NCBI GenBank assembly: GCA_016284305.1
Contig: JAEEON010000036.1
Span: 30,735 to 94,734 of the forward strand
DNA: 64,000 nt
Reading direction: 5' to 3'
Source: Bacteroidales bacterium
Lineage (GTDB): Bacteria > Bacteroidota > Bacteroidia > Bacteroidales > F082
In this document: positions 8,630-17,466 of the stretch, piece after piece
Layout: every line of letters begins with the position of its first letter
Numbering within the stretch: position 1 is the stretch's first letter
Made by a program: the position numbers and the translations under genes
The notes under the pieces: generated by a model
Database searches by the model: none
Seen by the model: only the letters and a program-made list of their open reading frames with translations
Told to the model about the DNA's origin: nothing

Positions 8630-9640
8630 ATGCTAAGAGATTATCGATTTGATATCGCTAGAGTAATCTGTATGACCTATATAGTGGCTTTCTGCCATTT
8701 ATGGTCTTATGTGCACCCGGATGTCGTCTCGGCAATTTATGTACACCCCATCTTTCTCATATTGACAAATGCTTGTTTGGGATTGTTCACTTTTGCCTCT
8801 GGCTATCTTTTGGGACAAAAATATTCTTTCGGAGAAGGAGGTAACAGTAGCGTTTGGCAGTTCTATTACAAGAGGATTGTTCGTATTATCCCTCTTTTTG
8901 TGCTTGCATCAGCGGTATTGTATTTGATTGGATTAAATGGCTATAAAGCTACATTGAATGGTGTTCTTTGTATTTCTCCGTTCATTAAACCTAGGCCAAA
9001 AACATTATGGTATATACCTGTAATATTGTTTTGCTACTTAATCACCCCTTTGGTTTCAAAAAAGAATAAAGTTTGGAGAATAGGAATGGGTTTGGCTTTA
9101 GCTGTGGCTATATGGATTCTGCAGAAATTGATTAGTAGTGTTGATTGGAGGTTGTCGTTCTATTTACTTTTCTATTTGCTTGGATTGGTTTCAGCACCCT
9201 ATTTTAACTGGAAGTTTGAAAAAGCTCCTTTTGTAAAAATAATCACTATCATTGTTTTTTGCGTGTTAACTCTAATTTGCTTATGGATTTCACCTACGGT
9301 TCTGTATAAAAAGGTTGTATCCGGCATAGGGGTTTTTGCACTATTGTTTGTTTGTGAGATCCTTGCGTCAATGTGTTTTAAAGATTCTATGCATGGGTCT
9401 TCCTTCAATCGAATTATACTAAATGTAAGCTATGCAAGTATGGCCTGCTACATGTTTCATCGCCTCTTTTTCTGGTTGGGTGAAAGAATTCTGAATCCGG
9501 ATTTGTCTTGGGTCAAATGGTTGTATATGGCAGGTCTCGTTTATCCTATTATGCTTGTTCTGTCATTTTGGTTGCAGAAAGGTTATGATGCTATAGTCGG
9601 CTCTATTAAACTCAATAATTCCAATAAATTAAAACCATGA
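8630..9640 (+). CDS. Membrane acyltransferase family 3 (OatA/WecH-like O-acyltransferase)
   Basis: N-terminal FDIARVICMTYIVAFCH signature. About 10 hydrophobic segments throughout. Confidence 0.75.
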   Translation: MLRDYRFDIARVICMTYIVAFCHLWSYVHPDVVSAIYVHPIFLILTNACLGLFTFASGYLLGQKYSFGEGGNSSVWQFYYKRIVRIIPLFVLASAVLYLIGLNGYKATLNGVLCISPFIKPRPKTLWYIPVILFCYLITPLVSKKNKVWRIGMGLALAVAIWILQKLISSVDWRLSFYLLFYLLGLVSAPYFNWKFEKAPFVKIITIIVFCVLTLICLWISPTVLYKKVVSGIGVFALLFVCEILASMCFKDSMHGSSFNRIILNVSYASMACYMFHRLFFWLGERILNPDLSWVKWLYMAGLVYPIMLVLSFWLQKGYDAIVGSIKLNNSNKLKP

Positions 9641-10641
9641 AGAATAACTTTGCTTATCGGTTGTATGTTCAATTGAAACGTAGAAAGTCAAGAAAACGTT
9701 TTTTAATTGATAAATACGGACAAAATCCAAAGATTAGGAGAAAGGCATTATGGGCTTGGCTGTTTTGCGGCATTGCTCCTAATGAGTTCCATAGACTTCA
9801 TTGTGAAGAAAAGACAAAAAAAGAAATTCGCACTTTTTTGTCGTTGAGTGAGACCCGAGAGTTTTATAGAAAATATAATTCTAGCAAGGCACAGAAGATA
9901 TTGAGCGACAAGTATATTGCCTATACGCGTTTTAAAGAATTCTATAAGCGCAACTGCATATTGATAACTAAGGATGATATTGAAAATAATGTTCTTGAAA
10001 CAAAAATTCATGAGTTCTGGCAGAAGGATTCCGTGAATCAAAGGGGGGCGATTTTCAAACCATTAAAAGGAGAGAGAGGATTCGGTATTAAGATTTTCCA
10101 TGATGAAAAAGAGGCGGTTGAAATGATAAAACAAACCGATGGAGGAGTCATGGAGGAACTGATTGTTCAGAATGAAGAACTTGCTGAGTATAATCCTTCT
10201 TCTGTTAATACGTTGAGAATAATCACTGTTAATTATGGAGATGGTACTGTCGATGTGAAATGGCCAGTAATGAGATATGGTAGGGAAGGAAGCGTTGTTG
10301 ATAATTCGGGAAGTGGAGGAGTGTTTGCTGCTGTTGATGTTGCGAGTGGCAAGACTCTAGCGGCTTGTGATGAATTTCATAATTTCTTTGAGGTTCATCC
10401 TGATACTAAGAAAAAACTAAGTGGGGTCGTTATTCCCCAATGGAATGAAGCATGTGCCTTGGCCAAACATCTTGCTACCATGATCCCTGAAGCCGTAATT
10501 GTCGGTTGGGATCTTGCTCTCTCTGATGACGGATGGTGCATGGTTGAAGGCAATTCTTCTCCTTTGATTGGACATCAGATTGCAATTGATCGAGGATTGA
10601 AAGATGAATGGAGAAAGACTGTGTCTCGGGTTAAGAAATAA
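9637..10641 (+). CDS. ATP-grasp enzyme of the 'sugar-transfer associated' type
   Basis: ATGA overlap with the upstream gene. ATP-grasp core-like segments: AIFKPLKGERGFGIKIF, GVMEELIVQNEE, NTLRIITV, GWDLALSDDGWCMVEGNSSP. Family assignment is from recollection of ATPgrasp_ST architecture. Confidence 0.6.
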   Translation: MKNNFAYRLYVQLKRRKSRKRFLIDKYGQNPKIRRKALWAWLFCGIAPNEFHRLHCEEKTKKEIRTFLSLSETREFYRKYNSSKAQKILSDKYIAYTRFKEFYKRNCILITKDDIENNVLETKIHEFWQKDSVNQRGAIFKPLKGERGFGIKIFHDEKEAVEMIKQTDGGVMEELIVQNEELAEYNPSSVNTLRIITVNYGDGTVDVKWPVMRYGREGSVVDNSGSGGVFAAVDVASGKTLAACDEFHNFFEVHPDTKKKLSGVVIPQWNEACALAKHLATMIPEAVIVGWDLALSDDGWCMVEGNSSPLIGHQIAIDRGLKDEWRKTVSRVKK

Positions 10642-10662
10642 TTTCGCACTGGTTTCATAAAG

Positions 10663-11307
10663 ATGGAGAAAATTGTTGTTATGCCTAAACCTGATTGGAT
10701 ATCATGGGAAGATATCCATCAATTGTTGTTGTCGGCTCATAAAAAAAACATTGACAAGGGAATAGTGATGGGGACCTCTCAGCTTTCAGGTCCGGAACTG
10801 GAAAAAAGAGTTGGTGAATTGGGGCGTTGCTTTGTCGCATTGGCGGATGACATCCTTGTAGGCACCACATCAGTTGGCTTCTTTAAAGGACGTTCATGGT
10901 ATGATAAAAACCAGTTAGTGGCTCATAGTATGTTGGCGGGAATTCTTCCCAGGTATCAGGGAATAGGTATCGTTGATGAGCTCAATGCTATGAGAGACGC
11001 GTATATTCATGAAGTGGGCGCTACCATAATTCAAGCAGATACTGCTGAAGGTAATACCATAGTTCGAAAAAACGCTAAAAGAAACGGCTACCGTGAGGTT
11101 GAGTATCGCGCTTTTAAATCCGGACACTATTCGGTAATCTTTGTAAAATGGTTAAACGGATGTCCCTTTTCTGATAGATATATCCATAGACGGTATAAGC
11201 TTTCAGAGCGATTGACCAAGATTCAATATAAACCTGGTCGTATAGAAAGGTCACGTGTCTTGTCTCTCTTTTGTAGAGCTATCAGGAAAGTTATTCTAAT
11301 TCATTGA
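10663..11307 (+). CDS. GNAT family N-acetyltransferase
   Basis: Acetyl-CoA pyrophosphate-binding motif RYQGIGIVDEL (Q/RxxGxG/A). 214 aa. Confidence 0.65.
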   Translation: MEKIVVMPKPDWISWEDIHQLLLSAHKKNIDKGIVMGTSQLSGPELEKRVGELGRCFVALADDILVGTTSVGFFKGRSWYDKNQLVAHSMLAGILPRYQGIGIVDELNAMRDAYIHEVGATIIQADTAEGNTIVRKNAKRNGYREVEYRAFKSGHYSVIFVKWLNGCPFSDRYIHRRYKLSERLTKIQYKPGRIERSRVLSLFCRAIRKVILIH

Positions 11308-11308
11308 T

Positions 11309-13129
11309 ATGCATAGGTTTATTCCACTCATAATGGCATGTGTTTTTGTGACGAGCTCTTGCAAAAAAGAGCCGTCACGGGATGAAATTATGCCTGTAAA
11401 TACTGAAGTGGATGGCCAAATGGTTGATTTGCTGAATGAAAACATCAATAGTTTGCGTGAGTTAGCCATTTGTTATGGCAAAGAGGATAAGGTTATTTAT
11501 AGTGACAATTATGGGCTTTCTGATGATGCATATCGTTTTTATTTTGAAAGCGGAAGCCAGTTGGTTTTCCCCAAATTATCCAACTATAAAAACCTGCCTT
11601 GTCCATCAGTTTCGATGATTTTTGTTGACAGCGTATTTTTTTGGACATTAAATGATCATATTTTAAGGGATGAACAAGGGATCCCAATAAGCGTTGATTC
11701 TACTCGAATTGCTCCAAAACTGTATTTTGAATCTGGTTGCTGGTATTATACCATCAATGGAACTGAATATAAATATTGTGAAGCCCAAGAATCATTCCGC
11801 CCGATATGTTTTGAAAATCCAAAGAATTGTGGGTTTGTTGTATTTGTTTTGCCGTTAGGGTGTAAAATTGTGGTTCCCGAGTCGGATTGTGTTTCAAAGC
11901 TTAGGGTATTTATGCCAAATATGGCTTATTATAAGGATGTTTTTTTGGATGCAGGTATTGGATTGACTTCAAGAAGGCAATTATATGCAACATTGTTTCT
12001 TGGCTTATCATTGGAATGTATGAGTTTTTCGTCTGATGATTACACTGATTTACAAAATCAGTTGATTGAAGGTGATTCTTTGGATGTTAATGGACGATTG
12101 CTCTATCCCGATGGTCAACCTAGATACAAGTTACTGTTCGTTAACGGTGGAAGAGCAACGATGCATGGACAGTCATTGACAGAGGGCTCCCATTCCAACA
12201 TGCGCTTGTTCCGAGAGGCTGGAGGCAGTTATGTAGGGACATGCGCTGGTGCTTTTTTTGCTTCAAATGGATATAATAGGCCTGAAATTAATCCGGATTA
12301 TTTGCATATCTGGCCTGAGTTTGTCCATAATACTCATTTGTCCCAAAGTCATACAGGTTTTGTGATAACGCCTAATTCTCCTTTATTGGATTATTTCGAT
12401 TTTGGGGGCGATTTTTATCTGGATAGTGTTCGACATAATGGTGGATGTTATCCGGATGTGTTACCTTTGGGCAGTGAAGTCTTGGCATTATATGATTATC
12501 CTGCTATTGAGTCAATGCATCTTCAGCCATCAGCTTGGGCTTACAAAGAGAATTCAACTGCGGGAAGAATCGTCCAGATAGGTTCTCATCCGGAGGAAGT
12601 GAGTGATGGAGAGCAAAGAGATTTCACTGCTGCATCGATATTATATGCCATTGAAGGACGAGGCGTTTCAATTGTGAAAGGCTCACTTCAAAATGGTATT
12701 TGGCGGGATATGGACAAAACCACATCTGAGAATGATCCGGATTACACTGTGATTGGGGATCTCCAATGTCATCATTTTCTGACTTATATTCCTGATGATG
12801 CTGTTGAGGTGGAGTTTAATTTGAATTGTGATGCGGATGTTGATATGTCATTAATGATAAGCAAAGATGTTTATGCTTACGAAGAGTATGCTCAGTATGT
12901 CTCTGAATCTACTGGAGCCAATCATCGTTTTTTGTTTTCCAGATTGTCCAAAGGCTTATGGTTCGTGACTGTGAAATGCAATACGACAGTTGATGTAACT
13001 CAAACTGAATGGGGGCAAGAATATGGTGGAAGAACAGATGTTCTTAACGGAGTCCCGTATTCGGTGAGAGTAAAATGGAGTACTCCGTTAAAACTCGCTG
13101 AACAGTTGAAGCCTCCATTTTATAAATAA
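11309..13129 (+). CDS. Surface lipoprotein with BPL_N/class-I-glutamine-amidotransferase-like domain and a possible PPC-type C-terminal beta-sandwich
   Basis: Lipobox MACVFVTSSC. LLFVNGGRATMHG...REAGGSYVGTCAGAFFAS resembles the BPL_N/GATase1 nucleophile-elbow region. C-terminal NCDADVDMSLMISKDVYAYEEY resembles the pre-peptidase C-terminal domain. Confidence 0.45.
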   Translation: MHRFIPLIMACVFVTSSCKKEPSRDEIMPVNTEVDGQMVDLLNENINSLRELAICYGKEDKVIYSDNYGLSDDAYRFYFESGSQLVFPKLSNYKNLPCPSVSMIFVDSVFFWTLNDHILRDEQGIPISVDSTRIAPKLYFESGCWYYTINGTEYKYCEAQESFRPICFENPKNCGFVVFVLPLGCKIVVPESDCVSKLRVFMPNMAYYKDVFLDAGIGLTSRRQLYATLFLGLSLECMSFSSDDYTDLQNQLIEGDSLDVNGRLLYPDGQPRYKLLFVNGGRATMHGQSLTEGSHSNMRLFREAGGSYVGTCAGAFFASNGYNRPEINPDYLHIWPEFVHNTHLSQSHTGFVITPNSPLLDYFDFGGDFYLDSVRHNGGCYPDVLPLGSEVLALYDYPAIESMHLQPSAWAYKENSTAGRIVQIGSHPEEVSDGEQRDFTAASILYAIEGRGVSIVKGSLQNGIWRDMDKTTSENDPDYTVIGDLQCHHFLTYIPDDAVEVEFNLNCDADVDMSLMISKDVYAYEEYAQYVSESTGANHRFLFSRLSKGLWFVTVKCNTTVDVTQTEWGQEYGGRTDVLNGVPYSVRVKWSTPLKLAEQLKPPFYK

Positions 13130-13139
13130 GAAATTGTTT

Positions 13140-14267
13140 ATGATGAGTAATCCTGTGTTCTTAGTATTTGGGTTGTCTAATGGTGGTCTTTTTTTGTCTC
13201 GACAACTGCGTAAGCAGTGGCCGAATGCTACAATTTATGCCATTGGTGAATCAAAAGATATAGGTAAATTCTCAAATACCATTGACGGTTTTTATGAAGC
13301 CTCCTCTGAAGAAGAAATACTGGAGCGAATGAAACGGGTTCTTGAACTAACAAGCGGGGAAAAAGTCAAAGCCTACATGTGCTCAAATCCTATGCTTGAG
13401 TCATTGGCTATTCACCATCCTGAATGGTTTGGGCTGATGCAGTTTGAGAATGATTATGATCTCTATAAACGAATTGTTGATAAAGTTGCTGTTGATAATT
13501 GGTGTCGATCATTAGATATTACTCGTCCCAAAGAGTATGATTTGACTGATTCAATGCTTTCTGAGATTTGTTTTCCCGTTGTGGTGAAGCCTCTTGAAAA
13601 AGCCAATGCAAAAGGCGCTTCTAAATGTGCTTACCTATCAAATCGAGATTCATTGTTGAGCTATCTAAAAAAGATGGACGGTCTCGGCATTAACCGTAAT
13701 GATTTGGTGTGCCAACAATGTGTTGAAGGTGATAACCGATGGGAGTATGGATATGGCGGCTTCTTCAAGGAGGGGATTCCTTTGGTTGACATTTGCTTCT
13801 ATCAATTCATTCAAGTCCCTCAAGGATTATGCTGTTATAGTAGGGAAGTGACTGACGAGGTGTTGAAGACACAAATTAAGGATCTGGTCGCTCCTTTTCT
13901 TAAAGATTCCAAATACAATGGATTCATGGAGTTTGATATCAAACAAGATTCTAACGACAAGGCCTTGTATTTATTGGATATCAATCCGCGTCCATGGAGG
14001 TCTGTTGACATCTTAAAAGCTAAATTGGGGAGTTCGACGGTTTTTAATCCTGAGGTTTCGGATAGAAAGGCGGTTTGGAGATATCCATATAGAGAGTTGT
14101 TTAGACGGAAAAACAGAAAAAATGTTTCCTATAAAATTTGCAAAGCTTTGACCCGAGGATATAAAACCACAACTCAGATAGCTTTGCACGATACTAATGA
14201 TCCTCGGCCATGCCGAATGCAACGCAAAGCGGATTTTCATGATTTTGTTAATAAATTGAAAAGATGA
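13140..14267 (+). CDS. ATP-grasp domain protein (carboxylate-amine ligase-like)
   Basis: Pre-ATP-grasp Rossmann-like N-terminus (VFLVFGLSNGGLF), FPVVVKPLEKANAKGASK (phosphate-binding lysine region), LLDINPRPWRS C-terminal motif. ATG at 13140 preferred over the TTG at 13134. Confidence 0.6.
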   Translation: MMSNPVFLVFGLSNGGLFLSRQLRKQWPNATIYAIGESKDIGKFSNTIDGFYEASSEEEILERMKRVLELTSGEKVKAYMCSNPMLESLAIHHPEWFGLMQFENDYDLYKRIVDKVAVDNWCRSLDITRPKEYDLTDSMLSEICFPVVVKPLEKANAKGASKCAYLSNRDSLLSYLKKMDGLGINRNDLVCQQCVEGDNRWEYGYGGFFKEGIPLVDICFYQFIQVPQGLCCYSREVTDEVLKTQIKDLVAPFLKDSKYNGFMEFDIKQDSNDKALYLLDINPRPWRSVDILKAKLGSSTVFNPEVSDRKAVWRYPYRELFRRKNRKNVSYKICKALTRGYKTTTQIALHDTNDPRPCRMQRKADFHDFVNKLKR

Positions 14268-15004
14268 AAAATGCATTATCGCCAAAATTGGTAAAATTTG
14301 CCAATAAAGTGGCAAAGATTCCTTTGGCAAAAAAATTGATAAAACCGTTCTATTATCCTTATAAAGAACGAATTCAAAAGAAAAGAAATAAAGCGTACAA
14401 AAAGTATGCTTTGGAGACTTTGGCTGCATTCGATGCCTGCATGCGGGCAAATGGATTCAAATACACTCTTATCTTTGGCTCAATGTTGGGCGCAGTCCGC
14501 GAAAAAGGATTCATCAAGCACGATCTTGACATAGATGTAGCCATGTGGAAAGATGACTATTCGGAGAATGTTCAGAAATGTCTCGAAAAAGCGGGATTCA
14601 AGTTGGATCATCGGTATTTGATTGATGGGGGCGAATCAGCAAGAGAGGAGACCTATGTTTTGAATGATGTCTCAATAGATGTATATTGCATCAATCCGCC
14701 TATAGATGAGTATCCCTATGTCTGTAGTAAATGGACTCCGGTTGAAGGCTGTGTGACCAAGCAGGAAAGCATGAAAAAGTATGGTTACATCACAGGGAAA
14801 CGCTTGGAAATGCCCATTGGAAGAACTTTTGTTGATGTTCCTTTTGAGAGTTTGATGCTTCCCATTGCGGATAATGCCCGTGAGGTTTTAAGGTTTTATT
14901 ATGGAGATGATTATATGAATCCAGATCCGACATGGGTGGAAAGTAAAGAATATCCATATAGAAAACCATGGCCTGAAAAGAAGGCGATATTAATTGAATA
15001 TTGA
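14264..15004 (+). CDS. LicD family phosphotransferase (phosphocholine / phospho-alcohol transferase)
   Basis: Signature LIFGSMLGAVREKGFIKHDLDIDVAM (compare LicD GTLLGAVRHxGFIPWDDDxD). ATGA overlap with the upstream gene. Confidence 0.8.
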   Translation: MKNALSPKLVKFANKVAKIPLAKKLIKPFYYPYKERIQKKRNKAYKKYALETLAAFDACMRANGFKYTLIFGSMLGAVREKGFIKHDLDIDVAMWKDDYSENVQKCLEKAGFKLDHRYLIDGGESAREETYVLNDVSIDVYCINPPIDEYPYVCSKWTPVEGCVTKQESMKKYGYITGKRLEMPIGRTFVDVPFESLMLPIADNAREVLRFYYGDDYMNPDPTWVESKEYPYRKPWPEKKAILIEY

Positions 15005-15008
15005 TAAT

Positions 15009-16217
15009 ATGGTGAGCTCCAATCGATTCTTTAGCGGTTTGGCTATTGCTATGTTGCTGTTTTTTGCCGTAGCAAGTTTTGTATTCGAAGGAATGCAACA
15101 GTTGGCTCTATGGATAGCTGTTCCTTCATCGGCTGTTTTTGCTTTTATTGCTGTTCCGCATCACAGAGCATCAGTTTATATGCGTTTGCAAATCATTCTT
15201 TATTTGTGGATCGCATTCACGGCCTTGTTCGCAATCAATCTTCCCATAGCCATGTCTCAGCTTCGACGACTCGTGGGCTGTTTTTTGTCTATTTATGCCA
15301 TTAATCAGTTGGCAAAAGATTATAAGCTGACAAAATGGCTATACATCGTGTATTTGGTGTTTTACGTTGGTATGGTTTATTATGCCAGTACCCATATATT
15401 GACTGAAGAATTTGATTATACAGAGGATCGTTTGGATGATAGTAAATTGAATGCCAATATGATAGCCTACTTCACTTTCTTTACAACATATATTGTTTTT
15501 ATTATGGCGGATATCGCAGAGAAGCCATGGGGAAAAGTGCTGTTTCGTTGGCTGTTCCTGCTTTCTCCTATTTGGTCGTTTGTTGCTGCCGTTTTAACTG
15601 GGTCTCGGCAAATTATTGTTATTCAAGTGCCTTTGGTGATTGTTTTATTCTATTTGCGATATCTAAGGGAAAGGAAAGTCTCGAATAAAATAATCTTTGT
15701 TTTGATAGCCGTTGTTGTTGGTTTTTTTGCGATTCGGTATGCATCATCAATCTATGAAGGAAGTTATCTAAGTCAGCGAAACGAAGATAGTTATATGGAG
15801 GACTCTAGAATTATGCTGATTAGAGATGCCTTTGAGGTTGGAATCACTCACCCTATTGTAGGAGTGGGGCCTGGAGGTTTTGGAAAGTTTAAGTATGGCC
15901 GATCTTTTTCCCATAATAATTATGTGGAACTGTTTGCTAATTCCGGTTTGTTGGCAATGGTCTTGTGTATTGCAATGTACTGGATATTTATCAAAACCCA
16001 ATGGCGCCGATTTAAACAGACGAGAGACAAGATGTTTCTTACCTTTTTGGTCTTCGGAATCATGTATGTTGTGGACAACATGTTTTATGTTTTCTATTCC
16101 AATACCTGGCTAATGGCATTTTTCTTTCTAGTGGCGATGCATGCAGATAATTTTTATAAGTATAATTATAGTGATCCTAAAGTAGAAACATCAATACATC
16201 AACCTGAACATGAATAA
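15009..16217 (+). CDS. O-antigen polymerase/ligase family membrane protein (Wzy-like)
   Basis: More than 10 hydrophobic segments. TGSRQIIV and SHNNYVELFANSGLLAM match the Wzy_C/O-antigen-ligase loop signature. ATG at 15009 preferred over the TTG at 14994. Confidence 0.7.
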   Translation: MVSSNRFFSGLAIAMLLFFAVASFVFEGMQQLALWIAVPSSAVFAFIAVPHHRASVYMRLQIILYLWIAFTALFAINLPIAMSQLRRLVGCFLSIYAINQLAKDYKLTKWLYIVYLVFYVGMVYYASTHILTEEFDYTEDRLDDSKLNANMIAYFTFFTTYIVFIMADIAEKPWGKVLFRWLFLLSPIWSFVAAVLTGSRQIIVIQVPLVIVLFYLRYLRERKVSNKIIFVLIAVVVGFFAIRYASSIYEGSYLSQRNEDSYMEDSRIMLIRDAFEVGITHPIVGVGPGGFGKFKYGRSFSHNNYVELFANSGLLAMVLCIAMYWIFIKTQWRRFKQTRDKMFLTFLVFGIMYVVDNMFYVFYSNTWLMAFFFLVAMHADNFYKYNYSDPKVETSIHQPEHE

Positions 16218-17460
16218 AAGTTTAATCATACTGAACCAGCAGCCTTTAATACCTCCTTTCATGTTGGCCGCTATTACAGCTGCTGAGAATGCCTATGATG
16301 ACATTTACTATGTAAATACAAAATACCCCAACAATACCAATGCAGTTGATAAGACGGCTAGAATCCATTTTGTTCATCCGTCAAAGCTTCAAAACGCTTG
16401 TGGCTTTTTGATTTCTTTTTTTTCCTTGTTTAAGCCGGTTGTATTCAGGGACATGGTAAAATGTATTAGAGATAAGAAAGAGTTTTTCCATATCATTAAG
16501 TTATTTCTTATTGAACAATCAGTGCATCATCGCATTTTTCCTCAAGCAAAAAAGATTATAAAACAAATTGAAGAAAATAGTGAAGTTGTGGTGTTATCGA
16601 CATGGTTCGATGCTTGTGCGTATTCTGCAGCAACACTTAAACGAACCTTCCCCAAGGCGAAAGCGGTTTCATTGGCTCATTCTTATGAGATACTTACGAT
16701 TAGAAATCCGTACGTTCCATATAGACATGTCAAATACAAACACCAATTTTTAGATGGTGTTTTCTTTATTTCACATATTATCAGAGATATGTATTTTTCA
16801 GGAGTGGGACAGTTGCCTATTCAATTTGTTGAGAAAACCCATGTTTGTTATTTGGGAACTTATAAGGACAATGATAAGTTGAATCCTCTTGACAACAACA
16901 GTTTTAATATTTGCACATGTTCTCGCGTTGTTTCATTAAAAAGATTAGATGTTTTGATGGAAGCGTTAAGGGAATGGAATCATGGAAATATAAATTGGAC
17001 CCATATCGGGGACGGCCCGTTGCTAGAAGGTTATAAACGAGCCGCTCTGGAGGTCATGGAAAACAATTCAAAGGTACATATTGATTTTGTGGGACGTATC
17101 TCAAATGACGCTGTTAAAGCCTATTATGCGGATCATCCAATAGATATCTTTGTGAATTTGAGTGATATAGAAGGATTGCCAATATCAATAATGGAGGCGA
17201 TTTCTTATGGAATTCCTGTGATAGCAACTGATGTGGGAGGAACTCGTGAGATTGTTAATCCCCAAACAGGTTATTTGATTGATGCTGATATTACACCTTC
17301 GATGGTGCGAGAGATACTGTGGAATTATGAGAAGATGCCGTTGGAAGGCAAAGATCAATTGCGAAAGAATGCTTTCGATTATTGGAAAACCAATTTTGAT
17401 GCTAAAACAAATCTAAAAATACTATTTGACCAAATTGACAATTTGGCAACCAGTAATTAA
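16210..17460 (+). CDS. Glycosyltransferase, GT4 (GT-B fold)
   Basis: C-terminal FVNLSDIEGLPISIMEAISYGIPVIATDVGGTREIV (E-x7-E-type motif). 8-nt overlap with the Wzy-like gene. Confidence 0.8.
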   Translation: MNKSLIILNQQPLIPPFMLAAITAAENAYDDIYYVNTKYPNNTNAVDKTARIHFVHPSKLQNACGFLISFFSLFKPVVFRDMVKCIRDKKEFFHIIKLFLIEQSVHHRIFPQAKKIIKQIEENSEVVVLSTWFDACAYSAATLKRTFPKAKAVSLAHSYEILTIRNPYVPYRHVKYKHQFLDGVFFISHIIRDMYFSGVGQLPIQFVEKTHVCYLGTYKDNDKLNPLDNNSFNICTCSRVVSLKRLDVLMEALREWNHGNINWTHIGDGPLLEGYKRAALEVMENNSKVHIDFVGRISNDAVKAYYADHPIDIFVNLSDIEGLPISIMEAISYGIPVIATDVGGTREIVNPQTGYLIDADITPSMVREILWNYEKMPLEGKDQLRKNAFDYWKTNFDAKTNLKILFDQIDNLATSN

Positions 17461-17466
17461 TGAATT

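Noticed and set aside
16416-16423. Homopolymer tracts as slipped-strand phase-variation switches: T8 here in the GT4 gene, and A8 runs at about 7038-7045, 7863-7870, 10741-10748 and 18533-18540.
   Set aside because: Runs of 8 are expected by chance in DNA of about 40% GC and are at the lower margin for efficient slippage. The single sequence gives no evidence of length variation.
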